Positions 46,835-63,494 of a DNA stretch of 64,000 nucleotides are shown here, one piece after another. The stretch covers positions 368,590,001 to 368,654,000 of the forward strand of contig OZ024742.1 of NCBI GenBank assembly GCA_964016885.1, written 5' to 3'. The notes beneath the pieces were generated by a model that had not been told where the DNA came from, searched no databases, and was given only the letters and a program-made list of their open reading frames with translations. Position 1 is the stretch's first letter, and each line of letters starts with the position of its first letter. The position numbers and the translations under genes were made by a program. The stretch comes from Eledone cirrhosa. Its lineage: Eukaryota.

Positions 46835-47364
46835 AGTATTAGTTATACTATTTATGGTTATGTAAATACAAAACCTTATGCAGTTATAAGTATTTTTTAT
46901 ACACACCCTAAATAGTGGTAGGCAGTAATGTATTACTACCTTATTACCAGTAAGTTAAGTAGCTCAATGTAAAAACATCAGATGATTTACAGAGCAGTTA
47001 TATGAAATATAAGAATCAAAGAACTGTTCAAAACATTATTGTGCTTACAGCTGTTTCCTCCAAACCGAGGTTTGGATTCTTCGGAGCAATTTATTAATGC
47101 ATGGACAGTTATATGACCTCCTTTTCAGCCAAGAGACATACCGATACATATGCAAATATTGTGGGTCAACATTCATTACAGAATTTAGAGTGGCAGTACA
47201 CACTTCGAGATTACATTCATATTAAGAGGTACAATCAAAAATCAAAAATACAGAATACAGTTTAAAATACATGAAGATAAGCGGTTATATAATGAAATCC
47301 ATAAGGACCTCCCTTACCTCAACGGTGGTTTGTACCGCGATGATGCACTTCTACTTATAGATTA
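46835..47364. mobile_element. PLE fragment: minus-strand pLTR plus an inverted plus-strand RT motif-C scrap
   Basis: 47285-47362 (+) reads LYNEIHKDLPYLNGGLYRDDALLLI, homologous to LREEIPALQGGVYRDDALF near 45265-45322 (-). HHR on - at 47043-47087. Confidence 0.7.
47043..47087 (-). ncRNA. hammerhead ribozyme motif with U4C substitution
   Basis: Minus: gct-CCGAAGA-a tccaaac ctcg gtttgga g-GAAA-cagctg-UA-agc. Confidence 0.6.
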
Positions 47365-47468
47365 TATATATGTAGGGTGTGTATATATATATATATAGGG
47401 TGTGTATATATAAATATAGTGTGTATATATATATATATATATAGGGTGTATATAAATATATATATAGG

Positions 47469-47504
<36 letters not shown>

Positions 47505-48715
47505 TGTATATATATATATAGGGTGTGTATATATATATATTTAGGGTGTGTATATATATATATAAAGGGTGTTATATATATATAGGGTGTGTATATATAT
47601 ATATATATATAGGGTGCATATATATATAGGGTGTATATATATATATATATAGGGTGTGTGTGTATATATATATATGTAGGGTGTATATATATATATATAG
47701 GGTATATATATATATATATATAGGGTGTATATATATATATATATATAGGGTGTGTATATATATATATATATATATATAGGGTGTATATATATATATAGAG
47801 TGTATATATATATATATAGAGTGTATATATATATATATATAGGGTATATATTTATATATAGGGCGTGGAAATATATATATATAGGGTGTGTGTATATATA
47901 TATAGGGTGTATATATATATATAGGGTGTATATATATATATATATAGGATGTGTATATATATATATATAGGGTGTATATATATATATATATAGGTTGTGT
48001 ATATATATATATATAGGGTGTATATATATATATATTGGGTGTGGATATATATATAGGGTGTATATATATATATATATATAGGGTGTGTATATTTAGATAT
48101 ATATAGGGTGTATATATATATATATATATAGGGTGTATATATATATAGGATCTGTATACATATATATATATATATGTAGGGTGTGTATATATATATATAT
48201 AGGGTGTGTATATATAAATATAGAGTATATATATATATATAGGGTGTATATAAATATATATATAGGGTGTATATATATATATATATATGGTGTATATATA
48301 TATATAGGGTCTGTATATATATATATATAGGGTGTGTATATATATATATATATATATATAGGGTGTATATATATATATATATAGGGTGTATATATATATA
48401 GGGTGTGTACATATATATATATATATAGGGTGGGTATATATATATATATATAGGGTGTATATATATATCTATATAGGGTGTTTATATATATATGTAGGGT
48501 TTATATATATATATAGGGTGTATATATATATATATATATAGGGTGTATATATATATATATAGGGTGTTTATATATATATAGGGTGTGTATATATATATAT
48601 ATATAGGGTGCATATATATATAGGGTGTATATATATATATAGTGTGTATATATATATAGGGTGTATATATATATAGGGTGTACATATAATTATAGGGTGT
48701 ATATATATATATAGG

Positions 48716-48775
<60 letters not shown>

Positions 48776-49568
48776 AGGGTGTGTATATATATATATAGGG
48801 TGTGTATATATATATAGGGTGTGTATGTATATATATAGTGTGTATATATATATATATATATATATAGGGTGTATATATATATATATAGGGTGTGTATATA
48901 TAAATATATAGGGTATATATATATAGGGTGTGTATATAAATATATAGGGTATATATATATAGGGTGTGTATATATATATATATATAGGGTGTGTGTATAT
49001 ATATATAGGGTGTGTGTATATATATATATAGGGTGTATATATATATTGGGTGTGTATATATATATATATAGGGTGTGTATATACATATAAGGGGTATATA
49101 TATATATATAGGGTGTGTATATATATAGGGTGTGTATATATATATATAGGGTGTATATATATATATATATATATAGGGTGTGTATATATATATAGGGTAT
49201 ATATATATAGGGTGTATATATATATATATATAGGGTATATATATATATATATAGGGTGTGTGTATATATATATAGGTTGTGTGTATATATATATATATAG
49301 GGTGTATATATATATTGGGTGTGTATATATATACATAGGGTGTGTATATCTATATAAGGGGTATATATATATATATAGGGTGTGTATATATATATTTATA
49401 TAGGGTGTATATATATATAAATAGGGTGTGTGTGTATATATATATATAGGGTATGTATATATATATATATAGGGTGTATATATATATATATATATATAGG
49501 GTGTATATATATATATATATATAGGGTGTGTATATATATAGAGGGTGTGTATCTATATATATATAGGG

Positions 49569-49606
<38 letters not shown>

Positions 49607-49953
49607 GTGTATATATATATATATAGGGTGTATATTATATATATAGGGTGTATATATATATATATAGGGTGTGTATATATATATATATAGGGTGTATATA
49701 TATATATATATAGGGTGTGTATAATTATATATATAGGGTGTATATATATATATATGTATATATATAGGGTGTGTATATATATAAATAGGGTGTATATATA
49801 TATATATATATATAGGGTGTGTATATATGTATATATATAGGGTGTATATATATATATATATAGGGTGTGTATATGTATATATAGGGTGTATATATATATA
49901 TATAGGGTGAATATATATATATATATAGGGTATATATATATATATATAGGGTG

Positions 49954-49995
<42 letters not shown>

Positions 49996-50150
49996 GTGTG
50001 TATATATATATATATAGGGTGTATATTTATATATATAAGGTGTGTATATATATATATATATAGGGTGTATATATATATATAGAGTGTATATATATATATA
50101 TATAGGGTGTGTATATATATATATAGGGTGTGTATATATATATATATAGA

Positions 50151-50189
<39 letters not shown>

Positions 50190-50412
50190 GTATATATATA
50201 TATAGAGTGTATATATATATATATATATATAGGGTATATATTTATATATAGGGCGTGTATATATATATATATAGGGTGTGTGTGTATATATATATATAGG
50301 GTGTATATATATATATATAGGGTGTATATATATATATAGGATGTGTATATATATATATAGGGTGTATATATATATTATAGGTTGTGTATATATATATATA
50401 TATATATATAGG

Positions 50413-50461
<49 letters not shown>

Positions 50462-50686
50462 GTGTATATATATTTATATATATAGGGTGTATATATATAT
50501 AGGATCTGTATACATATATATATATATGTAGGGTGTGTATATATATATATATAGGGTGTGTATATATAAATATAGGGTGTATATATATATGCATATATAT
50601 ATATATATATATATAGGGTGTATATATATATATACATATATATGGTGTATATATATATATAGGGTCTGTATATATATATATATAGG

Positions 50687-50717
<31 letters not shown>

Positions 50718-51442
50718 GGGTGTATATATATATAGGGTGTGTACATATATATATATATAGGGTGTGTGTATATATATATATAGGGTGGGTATATATATAT
50801 ATATATATATATAGGGTGTATATATATATCTATATAGGGTGTTTATATATATATATAGGGTTTATATATATATAGGGTGTATATATATATATATATATAT
50901 ATATAGGCTGTATATATATATATATAGGGTGTTTATATATATATAGGGTGTATATATATATATATATATATAGGGTGTGTATATATATATATAGGGTGCA
51001 TATATATATAGGGTGTATATATATATATAGGGTTTATATATATATATAGGGTGTATATATATATAGGGTGTATATATAATTATAGGGTGTATATATATAT
51101 ATATATAGGGTATATATATATATATATAGGGTGTGTATATATATATATATATATAGGGTGTGTGTATATATATATAGGGTGTGTGTATATATATATATAG
51201 GGTGTATGTATATATATTGGGTGTGTATATATATATATAGGGAGTATATATATATATAAGGTGTATATATATATATATAGGGTGTGTATATATATATTTA
51301 TATAGGGTGTATATATATATATAAATAGGGTGTGTGTGTATATATATATAGGGTGTATATATATATAGGGTGTATATATATATATATTTATAGGGTGTGT
51401 ATATATATATATATAGGGTGTGTATATATATATATATATAGG

Positions 51443-51477
<35 letters not shown>

Positions 51478-51501
51478 GTATATATATATATATATAGGGT
51501 G

Positions 51502-51553
<52 letters not shown>

Positions 51554-51894
51554 GTGTATATATATAGAGGGTGTGTATCTATATATATATATAGGGTATG
51601 TATATATATATATATAGGGTGTGTATATATATATATAGGGTGTGTATATATATATATATAGGGTCTATATATATATATATATATATATAGGGTGTGTATA
51701 TATATATATATAGGGTGTTTATATATATATAGGGTGTGTATATATATATATAGGGTGTGTATATATATATATAGGGTGTATATATATATATATATAGGGT
51801 GTGTGTGTATATATATATATGTAGGGTGTATATATATATATATAGGGTGTATATATATATATATATAGGGTGTATATATATATATATATATAGG

Positions 51895-51925
<31 letters not shown>

Positions 51926-52509
51926 GGGTGTATATATATATATAGAGTGTATATATATATATATAGAGTGTATATATATATATATATAGGGTATATATTT
52001 ATATATAGGGCGTGGAAATATATATATATAGGGTGTGTGTATATATATATAGGGTGTATATATATATATAGGGTGTATATATATATATATATAGGATGTG
52101 TATATATATATATATAGGGTGTATATATATATATATATAGGTTGTGTATATATATATATATAGGGTGTATATATATATATATTGGGTGTGGATATATATA
52201 TAGGGTGTATATATATATATATATAGGGTGTGTATATTTAGATATATATAGGGTGTATATATATATATATATATATAGGGTGTATATATATATATATATA
52301 TATATAGGGTGTATATATATATAGGATCTGTATACATATATATATATATATGTAGGGTGTGTATATATATATATATAGGGGGTGTATATATAAATATAGA
52401 GTATATATATATATATAGGGTGTATATAAATATATATATAGGGTGTATATATATATATATATATATGGTGTATATATATATATAGGGTCTGTATATATAT
52501 ATATATAGG

Positions 52510-52548
<39 letters not shown>

Positions 52549-52876
52549 GTATATATATATAGGGTGTGTACATATATATATATATATAGGGTGGGTATAT
52601 ATATATATATATATAGGGTGTATATATATATCTATATAGGGTGTTTATATATATATGTAGGGTTTATATATATATATAGGGTGTATATATATATATATAT
52701 ATAGGGTGTATATATATATATAGGGTGTTTATATATATATAGGGTGTGTATATATATATATATATAGGGTGCATATATATATAGGGTGTATATATATATA
52801 TAGTGTGTATATATATATAGGGTGTATATATATATAGGGTGTACATATAATTATAGGGTGTATATATATATATAGG

Positions 52877-52915
<39 letters not shown>

Positions 52916-53620
52916 GTGTATATGGTGTGTATATATATATAGGGTGTGTATGTATATATATAGTGTGTATATATATATATATATAGGGTGTATATATATA
53001 TAATATATAGGGTGTGTATATATAAATATATAGGGTATATATATATAGGGTGTATATATATATATATAGGGTATATATATATATATATATAGGGTGTGTA
53101 TATATATATATATATATATAGGGTGTGTGTATATATATATAGGGTGTGTGTATATATATATATAGGGTGTATATATATATTGGGTGTGTAATATATATAT
53201 ATAGGGTGTGTATATACATATAAGGGGTATATATATATATATAGGGTGTGTATATATATAGGGTGTGTATATATATATATAGGGTGTATATATATATATA
53301 TATATATATAGGGTGTGTATATATATATATAGGGTGTGTATATATATATATATAGGGTGTATATATATATATATATTTATAGGGTGTATATATATATATA
53401 TATATAGGGTGTGTGTATATATAGAGGGTGTGTATCTATATATATATATATACGGTATGTATATATATATATATAGTATATATAGGGTGTATATATGTAT
53501 ATATATAGGGTGTATATATATATATATATATAGGGTGTGTATATATATATATATAGGTGTATATATATATATATAGGGTGAATATATATATATATAGGGT
53601 ATATATATATATATAGGGTG

Positions 53621-53672
<52 letters not shown>

Positions 53673-53951
53673 GTGTGTATATATATATATATAGGGTGTA
53701 TATATATATATATTGGGTGTGTGTATATATATATAGGGTGTGTATATTTATATATATAAGGTGTGTATATATATATAGGGGTGTGTATATATATATATAT
53801 ATAGGGTGTATATATATATATATAGAGTGTATATATATATATATATATAGGGTGTGTATATATATATATATATATGGTGTGTATATATATATATATAGAG
53901 TGTGTATATATATATATATATATATATATTGGGTGTATATATATATATAGA

Positions 53952-53987
<36 letters not shown>

Positions 53988-54094
53988 TATATTTATATAT
54001 AGGGCGTGTATATATATATATATAGGGTGTGTGTATATATATATAGGGTGTATATATATATATATAGGGTGTATATATATATATATATAGGGTG

Positions 54095-54147
<53 letters not shown>

Positions 54148-54301
54148 GGGTGTGTATATTTATATAGGGTGTAAATATATATATATATATAGGGTGTATA
54201 TATATATAGGATGTATGTATATATATATAGGGTGTATATATATATATATAGGATGTGTATATATATATATATATATATAGGGTGTATATATATATATAGG
54301 T

Positions 54302-54370
<69 letters not shown>

Positions 54371-54671
54371 GTGTATATATATATATATATAGGGTGTATA
54401 TATATATAGGATCTGTATACATATATATATATATATATGTAGGGTGTATATATATATATATATAGGGTGTGTATATATATGTATATATATATATATATAT
54501 ATAGGGTGTATATATATATATACATATATATGGTGTATATATATATATAGGGTCTGTATATATATATATATAGGGTGTGTATATATATATATATATATAG
54601 GGTGTATATATATATATAGGGTGTGTACATATATATATATATAGGGTGTGTGTATATATATATATAGGGTG

Positions 54672-54711
<40 letters not shown>

Positions 54712-54814
54712 GTATATATATATCTATATAGGGTGTTTATATATATATATAGGGTTTATATATATATATATAGGGTGTATATATATATAAATAGGGTGTT
54801 TATATATATATAGG

Positions 54815-54856
<42 letters not shown>

Positions 54857-55345
54857 GTGTATATATATAGGGTGCATTTATATATAGGGTGTATATATTA
54901 TAATATATAGGGTGTATATATATATAGGGTGTATATATAATTATAGGATGTATATATATATATATAGGGTGTGTATATATATATATATATATAGGGTATA
55001 TATATATAGGGTGTATATATATATATATAGGGTATATATATATATATATATAGGGTGTGTATATATATATATATATAAGGGTGTGTGTATATATATATAG
55101 GGTGTGTGTATATATATATATAGGGTGTATATATATATATTGGGTGTATATATATATATATAGGGTGTGTATATATATATAAGGTGTATATATATATATA
55201 TATAGGGTGTGTATATATATATTTATATAGGGTGTATATATATATATAAATAGGGGTGTGTGTGTATATATATATATAGGGTGTATATATATATAGGGTG
55301 TGTATATATATATATATAGGGTGTATATATATATATATATATAGG

Positions 55346-55388
<43 letters not shown>

Positions 55389-56116
55389 GTGTATATATAT
55401 AGAGGGTGTGTATCTATATATATATATAGGGTATGTATATATATATATATATAGGGTGTGTATATATATATATAGGGTGTGTATATATATATATATAGGG
55501 TCTATATATATATATATATAGGGTGTGTATATATATATATATAGGGTGTTTATATATATATAGGGTGTGTATATATATATATATAGGGTGTATATATATA
55601 TATATATATAGGGTGTGTATATATATATATAGGGTGTGTATATATATATATATATAGGGTGTGTGTGTATATATATATATGTAGGGTGTATATATATATA
55701 TATAGGGTGTATATATATATATATAGGGTGTATATATATATATATATATATATAGGGTGTGTGTATATATATATATATATATAGGGTTGTATATCTATAT
55801 ATATAGAGTGTATATATATATATATATATATAGGGTATATATTTATATATAGGGCGTCGAAATATATATATATAGGGTGTGTGTATATATATATAGGGTG
55901 TATATATATATATAGGGTGTATATATATATATATATAGGGTGTATATATATATATATATAGGATGTGTATATATATATATATATAGGGTGTATATATATA
56001 TATATAGGTTGTGTATATATATATATATATAGGGTGTATATATATATATATTGGGTGTGGATATATATATAGGGTGTATATATATATATAGGGTGTGTAT
56101 ATTTATATATATATAG

Positions 56117-56178
<62 letters not shown>

Positions 56179-56892
56179 TAGGGTGTATATATATATATAT
56201 ATAGGGGTGTATATATATATAGGATCTGTATACATATATATATATATATGTAGGGTGTGTATATATATATATATAGGGTGTGTATATATAAATATAGAGT
56301 GTATATATATTTATAGGGTGTATATAAATATATATATAGGGTGTATATATATATATATATATGGTGTATATATATATAGGGTCTGTATATATATATATAT
56401 AGGGTGTGTATATATATATATATATATATAGGGTGTATATATATATATATATATAGGGTGTATATATATATAGGGTGTGTACATATATATATATATAGGG
56501 TGGGTATATATATATATAGGGTGTATATATATATCTATATAGGGTGTTTATATATATATATAGGGTGTTTATATATATATAGGGTGTGTATATATATATA
56601 TATATATAGGGTTCATATATATATAGGGTGTATATATATATAGTGTGTATATATATATATATATAGGGTGTATATATTTATAGGGTGTACATATAATTAT
56701 AGGGTGTATATATATATATAGGGTGTATATATATATAGGGTGTGTATGTATATATATAGTGTGTATATATATATATATAGGGTGTATATATATATATATA
56801 GGGTGTGTATATATATATATATATGGTATATATATATAGGGTGTATATATATATATATATAGGGTATATATATATATATATATATATATAGG

Positions 56893-56931
<39 letters not shown>

Positions 56932-57093
56932 GTGTGTATATATATATAGGGTGTGTGTATATATATATATAGGGTGTATATATATATTGGGTGTGTATAT
57001 ATATATATATAGGGTGTGTATATACATATAAAGGGTATATATATATATATATAAAGGGTGTGTATATATATAGGGTGTGTATATATATATAGG

Positions 57094-57130
<37 letters not shown>

Positions 57131-57800
57131 GTGTATATATATATATATAGGGTGTGTATATATATAGAGAGTGTGTATCTATATATATATATATAGGGTA
57201 TGTATATATATATATATATAGGGTGTGTATATATATATAGGGTGTATATATATATATATAGGGTGAATATATATATATATAGGGTATATATATATATATA
57301 TAGGGGTGTGTATATATATACATATATATATATATATATAGGGTGTGTATATATATATATATAGGGTGTATATATATATATATTGGGTGTGTGTATATAT
57401 ATAGGGTGTGTATATTTATATATATAAGGTGTGTATATATATATAGGGTGTGTATATATATATATATAGGGTGTATATATATATATAGAGTGTATATATA
57501 TATATATAATAGGGTGTGTATATATATATATATATATAGGGTGTATATATATATATATAGGGTGTGTATATATATATATATAGGGTGTATATATATATAT
57601 ATATTTATAGGGTGTATATATATATATATATATATAGGGTGTGTGTATATATAGAGGGTGTGTATCTATATATATATATATACGGTATGTATATATATAT
57701 ATATATATAGGGTGTATATATGTATATATATAGGGTGTATATATATATATATATAGGGTGTGTATATATATAGAGGGTGTGTATCTATATATATATAGGG

Positions 57801-57848
<48 letters not shown>

Positions 57849-58194
57849 GTGTATATATATATATATAGGGTGTATATATATATATATAGGGTGTATATAT
57901 ATATATATAGGGTGTGTATATATATATATATAGGGTTTATATATATATATATATAGGGTGTGTATAATTATATATATAGGGTGTATATATATATATATGT
58001 ATATATATAGGGTGTGTATATATATAAATAGGGTGTGTATATATATATATATATATAGGGTGTGTATATATGTATATATATAGGGTGTATATATATATAT
58101 ATATAGGGTGTGTATATGTATATATATGGTGTATATATATATATATAGGGTGAATATATATATATATATAGGGTATATATATATATATAGGGTG

Positions 58195-58236
<42 letters not shown>

Positions 58237-58392
58237 GTGTGTATATATATATATATAGGGTGTATATTTATATATATAAGTGTGTATATATATATATATA
58301 TAGGGTGTATATATATATATAGAGTGTATATATATATATATATAGGGTGTGTATATATATATATAGGGTGTGTATATATATATATATATAGA

Positions 58393-58429
<37 letters not shown>

Positions 58430-58446
58430 GTATATATATATATAGA

Positions 58447-58488
<42 letters not shown>

Positions 58489-58633
58489 TATATTTATATA
58501 TAGGGCGTGTATATATATATATATAGGGTGTGTGTATATATATATAGGGTGTATATATATATATATAGGGTGTATATATATATATAGGATGTATATATAT
58601 ATATATATAGGGTGTATATATATATATAGGGTG

Positions 58634-58674
<41 letters not shown>

Positions 58675-59087
58675 GTGTATATATATATATATATAGGGTG
58701 TATATATATATAGGATTCTGTATACATATATATATATATGTAGGGTGTGTATATATATATATAGGGTGTGTATATATAATATAGGGTGTATATATATATG
58801 TATATATATATATATATATATATAGGGTGTATATATATATATACATATATATGGTGTATATATATATATAGGGTCTGTATATATATATATATATAGGGTG
58901 TGTATATATATATATATATATATATAGGGTGTATATATATATAGGGTGTGTACATATATATATATATTGGGTGTGTGTATATATATATATAGGGTGGGTA
59001 TATATATATATATATATATATATAGGGTGTATATATATATCTATATAGGGTGTTTATATATATATATAGGGTTTATATATATATAGG

Positions 59088-59122
<35 letters not shown>

Positions 59123-59714
59123 GTATATATATATATATAGGGTGTTTATATATATATAGGGTGTATATATATATATATATATATATAGGGTGTGTATATA
59201 TATATATAGGGTGCATATATATATAGGGTGTATATATATATATAGGGTGTATATATATATATATATAGGGTGTATATATATATAGGGTGTATATATAATT
59301 ATAGGGTGTATATATATATATATATATATAGGGTATATATATATATATATAGGGTGTGTATATATATATATATATAGGGTGTGTGTATATATATATAGGG
59401 TGTGTGTATATATATATAGGGTGTATATATATATATTGGGTGTGTATATATATATATAGGGGAGTGTATATATATATAAGGTGTATATATAATATATATA
59501 GGGTGTGTATATATATATTTATATAGGGTGTATATATATATATAAATAGGGTGTGTGTGTATATATATATAGGGTGTATATATATATAGGGTGTATATAT
59601 ATATATATATATAGGGTGTGTATATATATATATAGGATTGTGTATATATATGTATATATAGGGTGTATATATATATATATATATATATAGGGTGTATATA
59701 TATATATATATAGG

Positions 59715-59761
<47 letters not shown>

Positions 59762-60012
59762 GTGTATATATATAGAGGGTGTGTATCTATATATATATAT
59801 AGGGTATGTATATATATATATATATATAAGGTGTGTATATATATATAGGGTGTTTATATATATATAGGGTGTGTATATATATATATATAGGGTGTGTATA
59901 TATATATATAGGGTGTATATATATATATATATATAGGGTGTGTGTGTATATATATATATATAGGGTGTATATATATATATATATAGGGTGTATATATATA
60001 TATATATATAGG

Positions 60013-60051
<39 letters not shown>

Positions 60052-60751
60052 GTATATATATATAGAGTGTATATATATATATATAGAGTGTATATATATA
60101 TATATATAGGGTATATATTTATATATAGGGCGTGGAAATATATATATATAGGGTGTGTGTATATATATATAGGGTGTATATATATATATAGGGTGTATAT
60201 ATATATATATAGGATGTGTATATATATATATATAGGGTGTATATATATATATATATAGGTTGTGTATATATATATATATAGGGTGTATATATATATATTG
60301 GGTGTGGATATATATATAGGGTGTATATATATATATATAGGGTGTGTATATTTAGATATATATAGGGTGTATATATATATATATATATATAGGGTGTATA
60401 TATATATATATATAGGGTGTATATATATATAGGATCTGTATACATATATATATATATATGTAGGGTGTGTATATATATATATATAGGGTGTGTATATATA
60501 AATATAGAGTATATATATATATATAGGGTGTATATAAATATATATATAGGGTGTATATATATATATATATATATGGTGTATATATATATATAGGGTCTGT
60601 ATATATATATATATAGGGTGTGTATATATATATATATATAGGGTGCATATATATATAGGGTGTATATATATATATAGTGTGTATATATATATAGGGTGTA
60701 TATATATATAGGGTGTACATATAATTATAGGGTGTATATATATATATAGGG

Positions 60752-60788
<37 letters not shown>

Positions 60789-61724
60789 GTGTATATATAT
60801 ATATAGGGTGTGTATATATATAGGGTGTGTATGTATATATATAGTGTATATATATATATATATATAGGGTGTATATATATATATATATATATATAGGGTG
60901 TGTATATATAAATATATAGGGTATATATATATAGGGTGTATATATATATATATAGGGTATATATATATATATATATAGGGTGTGTATATATATATATATA
61001 TATAGGGTGTGTGTATATATATATAGGGTGTGTGTATATATATATATAGGGTGTATATATATATTGGGTGTGTATATATATATATATAGGGTGTGTATAT
61101 ACATATAAGGGGTATATATATATATATAGGGTGTGTATATATATAGGGTGTGTATATATATATATAGGGTGTATATATATATATATATATGGTGTATATA
61201 TATATAGGGTCTGTATATATATATATATAGGGTGTGTATATATATATATATATATATAGGGTGTATATATATATATATATATATAGGGTGTATATATATA
61301 TAGGTGTGTACATATATATATATATAGGGTGGGTATATATATATATATAGGGTGTATATATATATCTATATAGGGTGTTTATATATATATATAGGGTGTT
61401 TATATATATATAGGGTGTGTATATATATATATATATATAGGGTTCATATATATATAGGGTGTATATATATATAGTGTGTATATATATATATATATAGGGT
61501 GTATATATTTATAGGGTGTACATATAATTATAGGGTGTATATATATATATAGGGTGTATATATATATAGGGTGTGTATGTATATATATAGTGTGTATATA
61601 TATATATATAGGGTGTATATATATATATATAGGGTGTGTATATAGTATATATATATGGTATATATATATAGGGTGTATATATATATATATATAGGGTATA
61701 TATATATATATATATATATATAGG

Positions 61725-61763
<39 letters not shown>

Positions 61764-61927
61764 GTGTGTATATATATATAGGGTGTGTGTATATATATAT
61801 ATAGGGTGTATATATATATTGGGTGTGTATATATATATATATAGGGTGTGTATATACATATAAAGGGTATATATATATATATATATAAAGGGTGTGTATA
61901 TATATAGGGTGTGTATATATATATAGG

Positions 61928-61964
<37 letters not shown>

Positions 61965-62636
61965 GTGTATATATATATATATAGGGTGTGTATATATATA
62001 GAGAGTGTGTATCTATATATATATATATAGGGTATGTATATATATATATATATAGGGTGTGTATATATATATAGGGTGTATATATATATATATAGGGTGA
62101 ATATATATATATATAGGGTATATATATATATATATAGGGTGTGTATATATACATATATATATATATATATAGGGTGTGTATATATATATATATAGGGTGT
62201 ATATATATATATATTGGGTGTGTGTATATATATATAGGGTGTGTATATTTATATATATAAGGTGTGTATATATATATAGGGTGTGTATATATATATATAT
62301 AGGGTGTATATATATATATAGAGTGTAATATATATATATATATAGGGTGTGTATATATATATATATATATAGGGTGTATATATATATATATAGGGTGTGT
62401 ATATATATATATATAGGGTGTATATATATATATATATTTATAGGGTGTATAATATATATATATATATATAGGGTGTGTGTATATATAGAGGGTGTGTATC
62501 TTATATATATATATACGGTATGTATATATATATATATATATAGGGTGTATATATGTATATATATAGGGTGTATATATATATATATATATAGGGTGTGTAT
62601 ATATATAGAGGGTGTGTATCTATATATATATAGGGG

Positions 62637-62677
<41 letters not shown>

Positions 62678-63026
62678 ATAGGGTGTGTATATATATATAT
62701 ATAGGGTGTATATATATATATATAGGGTGTATATATATATAATAGGGTGTGTATATATATATATATAGGGTTTATATATATATATATATAGGTGTGTATA
62801 ATTATATATATAGGGTGTATATATATATATATGTATATATATAGGGTGTGTATATATATAAATAGGGTGTGTATATATATATATATATATAGGGTGTGTA
62901 TATATGTATATATATAGGGTGTATATATATATATATAGGGTGTGTATATGTATATATATGGTGTATATATATATATATAGGGTGAATATATATATATATA
63001 TAGGGTATATATATATATATAGGGTG

Positions 63027-63062
<36 letters not shown>

Positions 63063-63221
63063 GGGTGTGTGTATATATATATATAGGGTGTATATTTATA
63101 TATATAAGGTGTGTATATATATATATATATAGGGTGTATATATATATATAGAGTGTATATATATATATATATAGGGTGTGTATATATATATATAGGGTGT
63201 GTATATATATATATATATAGA

Positions 63222-63258
<37 letters not shown>

Positions 63259-63275
63259 GTATATATATATATAGA

Positions 63276-63317
<42 letters not shown>

Positions 63318-63460
63318 TATATTTATATATAGGGCGTGTATATATATATATATAGGGTGTGTGTATATATATATAGGGTGTATATATATATATTATAGGG
63401 TGTATATATATATATAGGATGTATATATATATATATATAGGGTGTATATATATATATAGG

Positions 63461-63494
<34 letters not shown>

